A program made the translations under genes and the position numbers. The notes beneath the pieces were generated by a model, which had not been told where the DNA came from, searched no databases, and saw only the letters and a program-made list of their open reading frames with translations. Positions 53,040 through 64,000 of a stretch of 64,000 nucleotides of DNA are shown here, in pieces. Within the stretch, counting starts at the first letter, position 1. Every line of letters starts with the position of its first letter. Source of the stretch: Hydrolagus affinis (Eukaryota); the NCBI GenBank assembly GCA_012026655.1, contig JAAILG010000809.1, positions 1-64,000 on the forward strand. The letters are read 5' to 3'.

Positions 53040-54100
53040 GTAGATATGGCATGGTAAAGCTCACATTGGAGTGCACATTATTTAAATGTTAGACACAATG
53101 TCAATTTTAATGTAATGGCAGACAGCACTCACATCTCACAAATGCTGATATGACTCAAAAGTCCATTACATCACTTTAATTGCAAGTGGTCCCCCAGGAT
53201 AATAAGATTTAAACATTTTTAGCACTCAATCTTGAGTATCATTGGCAATATTTATTTTTATAGCTCCTAATACAATTATTTGTTTTTAACAGAAAATCTT
53301 ATGAAGATAGAATAAATACACTTATCTTGTGTGCATTATCCCCCGCCCCTCCTCCATTGCTGGCATACAGTAACTTACCTCAGCTGTGCACACTTTACAT
53401 CTTGGCCTTCTTTCATTCCTGAAGCCCTGCACACACAAAAAACTCCCATTCATGAGAAAAACGGAAGAGGACATTTCTATGTTGTGTTAATATAAATTGG
53501 CGTTGCTATGACTGCACAGCAGTTTACAGACCCTCAATCAATCATATAGCCCTCAATAATTGCGGTGGCATTCTACAACAAGCCTTTAATTGCAGTTTAC
53601 CTTGGTCTCAAGTTTGGTTAAAGATCCTTTTCCATTCCCTGAATATAAAAACGCTCCATCAGCATTTTTGAAATGTCTCTAATTTTGTCACTAATACTCA
53701 TCATTGCAGAAAATCAATGTTGCAAATATGAAAAAAACAGGTGCAGTCTCTGGAAGGTGCGCTTGAGATGAAGTAATTAAAGGATTAAAGTGCATGACTC
53801 CTGAGTAATGTCACTTTTCAAGGAACAGTCACATCAGACGGTCTGTTTATTTTGAACATGATTACACTGATAGCAGTGATGGAGCTTATGTTGTTTTATA
53901 TTAAACTAATTTGAAGTACTGCGTCTGGACAGTCCCCTGGTGCCAGTTCCAAACCATTTAACATTTTTTATTGGCGCACTCCATAAAATCTTGGTTACAA
54001 ACCATTATGAATTTGCATGCATGACCCACTTTGACGACTGTCATCAAAGACAAATGACCCAAGTTATGGATAAAGTCAAGAGCTGATTAATTTACTATGA
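53040..54100. promoter_or_regulatory. Candidate CNE cluster
   Basis: About 1 kb without recognised repeats, with TAATTG, ACAATG (Sox-like) and ATCAAAG (Tcf-like) motifs. Confidence 0.35.
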
Positions 54101-54469
54101 AAATCTATCAGGCTGTAGTGTTCGCAACTATCTGTTCGAACCACTGCATAAACATAATCCGTTGTAGTAATTCTCTTCAAATGCCCCGTAGCTGAAAGGG
54201 ACATATAAGTGGAAGTTAATGCATTGTGCATATAGAGATAAAAAATGAAGCATCTGTTTACAAGACTGGTTTGTAAATCATTCACCAGCACTCAACTAAT
54301 CCCTGGTCTGCAACAAAAACTTCCCCTGGCTGATCCAGTCTAGTTCTGTATTGACATTTCATTTTGTAACTGTATGACCCAAAGTTTGCCCTAAATCAGC
54401 TGACTTTAAGCACTTTGAGACATCCTCCCAACGTGAAAGGCGCAATATAAATGTAAATTGTATTGTACT

Positions 54470-54760
54470 GTATTGAAGCGTGACAACCACAGAGGGAGCT
54501 ATAATTGTCTTCAGTGCTCCTGGGTTAGGAAAGGGAAAAACATTTCCATTGCCAATTGCTTTCCAGCAATCCCTGTGTCAGTGTTGTTGGGTGAGGACCG
54601 TATGGCTAGTACTCCGGCTTAAGAGTCTTCATTTTCGTGAAGCATTCGTTCAGGTTCACACTTGGAAGAATGGCCATTCACATGAAATATTGGAGACAGT
54701 CTGTGCAGATGTTTCCCGGCATGAATCATCAGCTTCAGTGAAGGCAATGGGAAAATTAAA
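54470..54760 (+). mobile_element. AmnSINE2-like SINE (preceded by an L2 tail at 54405-54470)
   Basis: gctataattgtcttcagtgctcctgggttagg, ggtgaggac, cacacttggaagaatggcca. Confidence 0.6.
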
Positions 54761-55629
54761 GGGAGTAGTTTCTAAGCCTGGTTAACCGTAAAAACTTTAG
54801 AAGATCAGCGTTAAACACAGGAAAGTCACACGACACAGTGCAGCACACACACAAAAAAAATCAAAGATACCATTAGAGCTATGCAGCAGGCAAATGTAAT
54901 GGAGAGGTGATACTGATCAGGGCCATCAGCACAAGTAAAACCCATTAAACTATCCAAATGCAATTGAAAAGGAATCTCACTCAAGGAGCAGTATGAAGAT
55001 GAGATTTGTTTCCTTCCTGCAGTTTTCGAACGTGCCAATCGGGTATGGTGTGGTAGTTTCTCACCTCAGGTTGACCCAAATTAGATATAATCCGCGCAAA
55101 CAGAACTGGGCAGAAATGAGCACTGAACAATACCAGAAGGCCAATCCACAAATGACGTCACTTTTTTGTTTAAATTTTTTTTGGCGTTTCTCAACCATAT
55201 CAGTCATCAGTTAAAATTCATACTTATTTTGGCAGGAACTCATGGCATTTTCCACATTTTTTTGTTGAAGTTGGTTCACGACCAAGTTTTTGAATGAAAC
55301 ACCAAAACAAAAAAATCCTTTTGAGTGGTATGTCCTAACTCGTCAAATTGACTCACTTTGTAGGTTGCTGCACACTCAGACTTATTATTATTATTGATTC
55401 GGCCAAGTTTCTGACACATGCTCTGTGCTTAAGAGTTTCCAAAACAAACGACTGAGTGCTCTACACACATTTAGTTTCTGTTTGTCTGGTATGGAGTGCA
55501 CACTCCCCAGAGAGATACACCCTATTTACTTAATCCCAGAGAGCAAGGCACATTTTAGCAAAAGCTACACTTTAGGGGGGCTTGAGAGTTTGCTTTGGGG
55601 GCATCGCTGGAGTTCAACTAACTGAAACT

Positions 55630-55850
55630 ACGCAGGGATGTCTGAGAGAGGACTTTATAAAGGAATATAAGATTTGAAATGGAGAAGGTAAATCCAGAAT
55701 AAAACTTCCAGACACAACAGCAGCAGAATAAGAGGATACAAGTTCAGGATTACAAAAGGGCAGATAACACCAGGAAGTATTTCCTTACCCAGAGGATAAT
55801 TAATAACTGGAATGAGTTGCTAGGAAAAGTGGGCGAGGTAAAATTAGGCA
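55630..55850 (+). mobile_element. Old CR1 ORF2 C-terminal relic
   Basis: LREDFIKEYKI...RIRGYKFRITKG...RKYFLTQRIINNWNELLGKV. Confidence 0.75.
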
Positions 55851-57929
55851 ACGTGAAACCTCTGGCGTGTGGAAGAGTTATGGATGTTTAATTAGAACTT
55901 CCATTTACCGCCTAGTGGTGCAAGTGTTCGAAGCAGTTCACAAAGACATCGCAGAAAAAAGTAATTAAGGCACTTAAATTATGCTGGAAGCTAATTAAAC
56001 AGGGAAATCTACAATTTTCCGCTGCATCTGAGGCTCACTGAACACAGGGGCATTTAATCACGATCTGAGTAGGTGTAAGTCTACTAACTGTGTGCAGAGT
56101 GCTGCAACTTGGCAGACAGTACAGTGCAATGAATTTTGTATTAGGCAATGGTGTGTGCTCTCGATTGTAGCTGTCATTGCATTATCCCATGAGGGGACAG
56201 GGGGAGCATAGGAAGAGAGGTTAGAGAGTCACAAGTGGTGGACTGTCCACACTAGGACCATATCAAGGGAAAGCCCCTTCACACTCTCAGACTATCCAAT
56301 ACGAAGCTGACCATTTCTGGCTCCCCTCATCCTGGCAGTGATTTTATAGATTAATGATGGGATTACTGATGTCAGATGACACCACAGCAGATGTCACTAC
56401 ACCACAGTGTTGAGCAGGAAGCACAGTGCTTTTGCCAAATGCAGACTAAACGAATTAAAAAGGGTATGAATAGGCTTTCAGCATTGATAAAAAAAAACCT
56501 TTTCAGCATATTCCACATGTGTATCTAAACTCCTTTTTTCATTTTTTTTCATATAAAATAGCAAACGAAAGAAATAATCCATCAAACTCTGTTTTACCTA
56601 CATCAATGTGCTTAGCAATATCAGATTGGTTGTTTTCTTTGCAGATAAAATGACCGCTCAGTTTACCAGGACAGCACCAGTGGTCAGATTCAAGGTCCTT
56701 ATCCAGATAGGATCATCATACTGATTAGAGCAGTGCTTTCTTTGGACTACAGTATATTGTTCTGTCCTGTCCTAAGAATCTATTAAATCTAATTTTACTG
56801 GATAACTTTGCTGTTAGCATACTCAGGCCAGCTCTAATAGTGGTCAAGGACAAACCACATTATACTCTGACAGCAAACCTCAGCAGCACCAATGTCAGAA
56901 AGAGCTCCCTAGCTCACAGCAAAATTGCCGCCTCTCAAAGCATCGAGGCTTATGAGCTCTGAGAGCAAACTTGTCACATTAGTCCTAATTGGACTGAATT
57001 TAAGGGCAGTTTTGTGCCTCTACTGTATGACTGTAAGGGGGAAACCGCATGGCAACATTCAGACACAATGGAGTATACTGGGTTCCTTCACCGGCCAGAA
57101 CTGCTTTGTCTCAGCTCAGCATTGGGACGTCCTCCCGATGTAAAAAGTGCTCTACAAATGTAATTTTTTTATTGTTGTATTGTTGTTGTAAAATTCATCA
57201 ATGCTGCAATTCTACCACTGATAAGTGACGTTAAGTGAAAATGCATAGTTCTAAAAAAAATGTTAGATCTCACCCCATTTTCCAGGCAGCGTAGATTGCA
57301 GTGACAGACACAACAGCCTCTCTGTCACATCTGCCGCTCCAGAGGCAGGGATGGAGGAAAGAGAAATTGTCCGGATTAGGGAATCAATTTCCTAATTATT
57401 TTAGTACAAATAGGAGGCATTTTGGTCAACAAACCTGCATTTAGCAAACAATAAAATGGCCCTTCTTCAGCTTGATCTAGATTTGAATTGTACTGTGTTT
57501 ATAGAGTCACTCATTTGGACAAAGGATCCTTCGGATTTGACCCAAACTCGATTAATTTATATCAGTTACATGCTGCCAGTTTCAATGTTTCGAAAACTTA
57601 TATAAAAGTTTTGAAAAGATCCTTTCTGAACAACATAGCAGGTCTTGGTAAACAATTTGGTGTCTTATAACAATATGTTACTTTTTCCACAGACAATATA
57701 TCCCATGCATCTAAACAGAATGTGCAACAAATCAGCTTGATTAATAATGGATAAATCACCAAATCGCCACTATACCCTGTGTAATGTTTAGGATGGTTGG
57801 CATTAACCACCACGTGCACAACAATGTAAACAATAAAATATTAAAGCTAGTTCTCATTTGTCAAGTTGGACAGTTATCCGTAAACTTCTTCTTGAAAATG
57901 AATTTCTTCATGAAACTTACTGTTACTTT

Positions 57930-58130
57930 TAATAATAATAAACCTTGCATTTGATATAGCGTTTCTCATGTTTTCTAGACGTCTCAAAGCGGTTCACAGG
58001 ATATACTGTGAAGAGAATTTACTGTACGACTGTGGGAGAAACGTGGAAATATACTGTGGCAGAAACACGGTAGCCAATTACGCACAGCAGTGTCCCACAA
58101 ATGGTTGTGGACTGAGACGGCCAACTTATT
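57930..58130 (-). mobile_element. SINE 3' half
   Basis: ccttgcatttgatatagcg tail and cgcacagcagtgtcccacaaa core. Confidence 0.85.
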
Positions 58131-59775
58131 AACCTTAAAGGGCCACGGCAGCCTGGACACAAGAGAAGTATCCTAGAGGTGGGTTTCATTTCACACCAGC
58201 AGCCACACACCAAAACCACTTTTTGAAAAGCCTTTATTTAATAGTGTTATAAAATTCCAGCAGTACAGTAGTCTCCTTTGAATTTCTGCTGACTGAAAGG
58301 AGTTGACTATGCTGTCAGTTCTTCTTGATCCTACTAAAATGATCTAAGCCAGAGACCAGAAAGCCGAATTCCATACATCTATTTGAGTCATCAGAGAAAA
58401 GCTCTGCATCCAGCAATCCACAGGGATACAAGGGGCAGTGAAACTACCACTCCTCAACTGCATAGAGGCCAATATTGTTTGTAATGCACTGAAACAGGCA
58501 GCATAAATAACATTATCCTGAGGTGCAGAAGAGAATGCGGGCCAATTTGTTACTGAATAACTCGTAGAATTTCATGGGATTAAGTTATGCTGAGTAACCT
58601 AGAAACCAACTGTTATTTTATTACTGCATTATTAATACGCTCCATTTGTAACAAATTAATGATTCAAAAGTGAAACAATCCCTAAACCAAATCAAACAGA
58701 AGTGCGCAGAACAGAATTTTAAAAAATGTCTATACATCAGAAAACAATAATGCAAGGAGTTCATATGAGTAATTGCATATTAGGGCTTCCAGTGGTAGAT
58801 ATCCTTCAAGTGCATTCAAAGTTTGCCAAAACAATTCTCAACTTTCATTATAATTCAGCAGAGGGGATCAGCATTGCTGGCGTTAGTCCATGGCAAGGCT
58901 GCACCTTTTAAATACTGTGCGTATTCATCACAATGTCAATTTTCTTGCTTTTATAAGAAACGATTGAAGCAGAATTCAGGAAAACCAATCACTGTCAACG
59001 AGTCATCCAAGTGCACAAATGCAATATGAAACAACTTTGAACATATTTGGTGGGTTGCGAAATACACAGTAAATTCTTAAACTGAGATGGAAAACGATGG
59101 AAACGGCTTTCTCAGACTCAATCATTAACCATTTGTCCAGTCACTGTAATGATTAATTCGATGCAAGTTTAAAAGGAGAGGAAAAAACAACAAAATAACA
59201 AAACAACGTAACTTCATATGTAGAACACAGTTCACATTCGGGAGAATGTCCCAAGATGCTGAAAAAGCAGCTCCTAAAATATGTTTGGTTTCAGTCACAG
59301 ATGATTTAAGCGCTCTGAGACGCCGTCCGGCATGGAGGGCGCTATGTAAATCGAAGTTGCTGTTGTTGTTGAATCATATTGGAAGAAACCCTTTGAAACC
59401 GAGAACCATAATCTGCATTATAACAAACGTTGCATGAAAGAATGAAATAATTCCTACTCGAAAAATGAAAGGACTTAAATGGACCAAAAATGGAATTGCT
59501 TTTTTTTTAGCTCAGCTAATACAAACTCTGGATGTTTTAAATCTGTTGCCGTGCAAACTCTCATATTTCAGAGATTTCACTTACACTTGCATCTCAATTT
59601 ATTGTAAGTGACGTGATTATCGGGAGTGTGTACACATGTATGTATATAGGTTTTGATTTAAATACGTTTTAATTGTACAGCTTGCTTCTATTTATTCTCT
59701 GTCTTCACAGAATTGTGATAATTCGCACAATTTACATAACATTGTCCTGTTGAGATGCAGAAGTGAATGTGATGA

Positions 59776-60478
59776 TGTGATTACAACTGAATAAGTGCTG
59801 CTGTCTCATGGAATTTTCTCATGTTGGCCGGCCTACGAACCAACATTTTCACTATGGGCCCTTTGTTTCTTTCCCATATTTCCTTCTCCCTTTTTTGCTT
59901 CCCTTTGATCCTTTTTTGCTGCCCTGGAAATTGCTTTCCTCAAACATAACACCCTTGAAAACCAGAGAGGCAAGGAATTTAAGAAAACTAATTAAAATTG
60001 AAAGTTAACACAAACTCGGGTGGAACGAGTGAAGTTGCATTAAAAGGCCTATTGTCTCCATGGAAAAGTGCTGGAGTATATGTTTTCCTCACAAAAACTC
60101 CACACCACAATGCAAATCAAGCTAAAAAACATCATTGTTATCGCAATACTTTCATGTGATGTAAATGATGCCCGGCTAATCTCAAAGTGTGTCAAACACT
60201 TTCTTATGAAGCCATAGTCACTGGATTTGTTTGCAATTATAACAATAATAATAATTCTTCCATTTGATATAGCGCCTTATCATGTCTTCAAGCCGTCCCA
60301 AAGTGCTTCACAGAATATACTGTAAAGTGAATTGACTTTCACTTTGAATTGACTTTCACTTTGTGATGCAATTTACAACTGAATAAATGTTGCTGTCTCA
60401 TGGAATTTTCTCATGTTGGCTGTCCTGGGAAAACAACATTGTCACAATGGGCCCTTTGTTTCCTTCCCATATTTCCTT
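59776..60478 (+). repeat. ~110-bp direct repeat pair (59776-59887 and 60362-60478)
   Basis: Both carry ttacaactgaataa.tg.tgctgtctcatggaattttctcatgttggc...gggccctttgtttc.ttcccatatttcctt. Confidence 0.9.
60241..60345 (-). mobile_element. 5'-truncated SINE
   Basis: (aat)n ccatttgatatagcgcc...gtgaattgact. Confidence 0.85.
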
Positions 60479-60544
60479 TTGGTAAATATAGTACAGGAAA
60501 GTACATAAATAATATAGAATTGAACTTTATGTAGTTATTCAAGA

Positions 60545-60990
60545 TTTCAAGATCCTCGTCCTCATTTTCAAGATCATTCCCCTGCCTATCTTTCCGACCT
60601 GCTGTCTCCCCTATCAGCCTGCCCACCCCCCCAGTGGGCTCTGGCCTGCTCCATGTCCACCCCCCCTCCCCTCCCCCCCCGAACCACCCTCCCACCAGTG
60701 GCCAGACTTTCAGCCTCTCTGCCCCCACACTCTGGAACTCCATCCCGCAATCCCTTTGCCTTGCTTCCTCCCTTTCCTCCTTCAAGCCCGGTCTCAAGAC
60801 CTTCCTCTTTGACTTTGCTTTCTGCTGCCCTCCTAACTCTTCTCCCCTTTCCCACTCCCCGTCCCCCTGCCCCTACCCCGACCCTTCCCCCACTGTTCGG
60901 GTCCCGACCTAATTGTTCAGCGCCTTGGGATGCCTTCCCAATGTGAAAGGCACTCTATAAATTTAATTTTGTTGTTGCTGTTGTTGTTAT
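60545..60990 (+). mobile_element. L2 LINE 3' end
   Basis: GQTFSLSAPTLWNSIPQSL...SSFKPGLKTFLF, tail ggcactctataaatt(ttg)n. Confidence 0.9.
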
Positions 60991-62619
60991 TTTTAAATTT
61001 TATCTGTTTCTGGTAGGTATCTGCTTGTAGGTATATGTCTAATCTGACATAGAATAACAATTTGCCTTTATATAGCACCCCTTAGGCTGGATAGGGTGCC
61101 TCTAGTGTGGCATAGGAAAGCTCTCATCTTCCTCAGCTCGGGGTTTGATCTCAGCCTCTTGAATTTTGCGTTTTCAACAGCACTGATAATCCAAACACTC
61201 ATCCCAATTTCAAAATAATGTTTATTTTTATTTGCTACAGAGTAGCATGCTAAAGGCAGCTTTTGTTGGCACAACCTCCTCTGAAAATTTAAATTTGATT
61301 TAGCTAATCCCAGGAAGATCCAAAATAATTTAGCAGAAATTGCCTCACAATTAGAGTCGTCTAAAGTACTATATTTATTTTGGCCAAAGGGCCTCCAATC
61401 CCTTTATTTGTAAATCTGATGAAAGCAAAATTCTTGATGTAAACAATTCTTGAAATGATCCCAACTTGTGGCAGATGTAGTCAATGCTTGTTTAATTACT
61501 GTTGTATGAATAATTACTGAGTTCACAGATTAGCCTGACATTCTAATGCAGTACAGTACTGAGAAATTATTTCAGTGGCAACATTTGGATGACACAGTAA
61601 ACCTAGGTTCTGTCTGCTGAGACCCAGAGAGAGTGAGAGCTCTGCAGCTATAGAGAGAATGATAGGTCTCTGCATTTTGTCCACACAGAATGGAACAACA
61701 GTTAATGGACTGAGTCTGAAGGGGCTGGGGCATGGTGGGTTGGGGGTGGGGGGGCTTGGGGACACACAAATCTGTGCCGTGATGTTGGGGCACTTCAGGC
61801 TCTGCTTATTCCATAATCTTGCTACCTCTCCATTCTTCCAAAGTACTGCAGTACAAGATTCCTTTCAAGCACACATCAATGTACTATTAAATTTAGTAAA
61901 TTGTAAAGGGTCCAAAAAGAACCATGGGAGAAAAGTAATATTTACAACTGAAACAACTGAGCTGAGAAAAAACAGGAGGATTAAAGTCCCTGTGTGTAGA
62001 CATCAGAGGATCCTGCAAAGACCTGAATAATTGGATAATACTCGTCTTTGTACAGTGACAGCCAAGAGAGTGGGAATTTTTCACTGCCAGAAACTTCACT
62101 GTAATTGAAGGCTTTGTTTTTGTAAGCCGATCGATAAATGCTTGCGAGCTATTATGAAGTTTTATTACCTTTTGTATCCAGGTCAGCAGGCACTTTTGAT
62201 GAGCGACTAAACTCTTGCAGTCACAATACTGCAGCAGGGAGTCCAGATCTGTCATCTCCACTACATCACGGCAGATGAAGCATTCAAGAGGAACATCTAA
62301 AATAAAAGTAATTAAATTTAAAAAAAACTATAATGATACAGTATCACGAACAACTGGAATCAAATTAGCTGAACAACGAGGCACTTATCTCATATGCAAA
62401 TAGATTTGTGTAAATAGTCTGATGTCTTGTAAAATACAAATGCATATATAATTTTGTTGGTTGGAAACCTGTTTGTTTTTCCTGGAATCTAGGTTTGTGT
62501 GATATCGCACCAAACTTTTATTTAGTTACACAGGCACAGCACCATCTTTACAAATTAATTTGCAATTGTGTCTTTGCGTGTTTATTAATAATGATAATAA
62601 TAATCAAAATAATTATTAT

Positions 62620-62800
62620 TTTAAAAAAATCATAATAATCCTTACGTTTGATATAATACCTGATCACATCATTAGGAAGTCTCAAAACGCTTCACAAGAT
62701 ATTAATGTGAACTGTAGTGACTGCGCATTTGTGAGAGAACACAGCACTGTAATCAGCACTGTTTCGCAAATAGCAATGCAATGAATGTCCAGTTTTTTTT
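62620..62800 (-). mobile_element. SINE 3' half
   Basis: ccttacgtttgatata...ctcaaaacgcttcaca. Confidence 0.7.
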
Positions 62801-63539
62801 TAGCAATCTCCGTATCTCTTTCAAGTAATTATGAAGAGGACTATTCTCTAGGCTTGGAAATAGAGCTACCTGATATAGATGCCATAAAATAATCAACTTG
62901 CATTGTGGAACATTATTCACATAGAATAACATTTTGAAGTGCTTTTAAAAGGCCACTGTGGTACCCAAAGCAAGATGGAAAATAGTATAGGGGAAGGAAA
63001 CAAAAGGCCCATTCTAAGATTAGATGCAATACTGATTATAATGGTGATTTATTGTGTAGCCATCAGAATACTGTACATATTTATTTTGGACCAGATATGA
63101 TATGATCCATTTACCATATTACCATAGGGATGGTCTGATAAGGCAACATGAAATGCATATTTGCCCGTCATTGATGAGAACGAGTGCTTAGCTTACGGAA
63201 TTTGTCCTGGTGAAGGCAGACACTGTTCGAGTAGTCCAATTCTGTAGCATATTGGCAGTATACAAAGGTGTATGCAAAAATGGTTTGCCCTCTTGATGCT
63301 AAACAGGATGAACAGCTGATCTTTGCTGCACTGTCTGGGTGAGATGTCATGTCAAGGACAAATCTTTCCCCAAAGCTATAGAAGCAATCAGCCAGTGAAC
63401 CAACCAGCCACATTCATAGCTTCCAGTAAACAGCTGGGAGCAGGTCACCTATGTACCCCCTCTGCCATAGCTTGAATCAAGGACCTAAGGTAGAGAGGAG
63501 CTGGAATTAATAAGGGAAAATTAGATGCAATCATTGCCC

Positions 63540-63890
63540 AATGCCCTAGTGGGTAAACGCTTTGCTTGACGTGGGACTGAGCCAAAAGATCAGGAAGTTC
63601 CTGGGTTCGATCCCTATGCTGAGTTAGCTTATCTCACAGTGACTGACAGTGACAGGCTGACAGTAGGGGGCCACAATTGGCCTCAGCATCACCAGTGACC
63701 TCTCCTGTTGTGAGGATCTGGTGAGGATAGAATCAACCTCAGCTATAATGACTTCCAAGGTTAAATAGCTGCCATCGCTCACTGTCGAGTCTCACAGTGA
63801 AGAATGGGAATGGGTGAGAGAGACCAGTGGGTTGCTTGCAACTTACCCCAGTATGAGTCACCACCAAGGGGAAATGAAGAGCAGAAAAAG
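63540..63890 (+). mobile_element. Best-preserved AmnSINE2-like SINE in the window
   Basis: gtgggtaaacgc...actgagcc...gggttcgatccc (B-box)...gctgagttagc...acaattggcctcagc...gaagaatgg...accccagtatgagtca. Confidence 0.7.
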
Positions 63891-64000
63891 AGATGAAACA
63901 TTTCAATGGTTACATTTCCTACACTGATGTCATGAGGAGGCTGTTAATATTAGAGCAGCTATTCTGACATCATAAAAAAGGGGATATTTTATCATTTAAG

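Noticed and set aside
56118-56145. miR-130/301-like seed cagtgcaat
   Set aside because: The rest of the mature sequence and the hairpin do not match.
1-64000. Prokaryotic-type systems (CRISPR array, operon, defence island, prophage)
   Set aside because: No regularly spaced repeats or long gene-dense ORFs. The recurring ~60-nt motif is an irregularly dispersed SINE/L2 tail.

Overview
AT-rich vertebrate genomic DNA with no prokaryotic or phage features. The repeat content (SacSINE1/Deu-type tRNA-SINEs with L2 tails, L2 and HER1/CR1 LINE ends, a Penelope-type 3' end) points to a cartilaginous fish, probably a chimaera such as Callorhinchus (inference). Nearly all ORFs in the track are spurious or retroelement debris. 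The one convincing coding signal is a set of phase-compatible minus-strand exons at the left end (5571-5513, 4057-3852, 1168-1112). They encode a hydrophobic segment that I tentatively assign, from memory, to OFCC1/ojoplano. The remaining ~58 kb reads as very long intron or intergenic DNA: SINE/LINE fragments alternating with repeat-poor, TAAT-rich, CNE-like blocks. That would fit the TFAP2A regulatory landscape if the OFCC1 call holds. There is one 100-N gap. I found no clearly new biological system. The best leads are alternative or mutually exclusive micro-exons, a decayed hammerhead ribozyme, about 10 AmnSINE2-like copies, recurrent antiparallel SINE-in-SINE structures and a local duplication at a SINE 5' junction. 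Repeat names and many boundaries are by eye and approximate.
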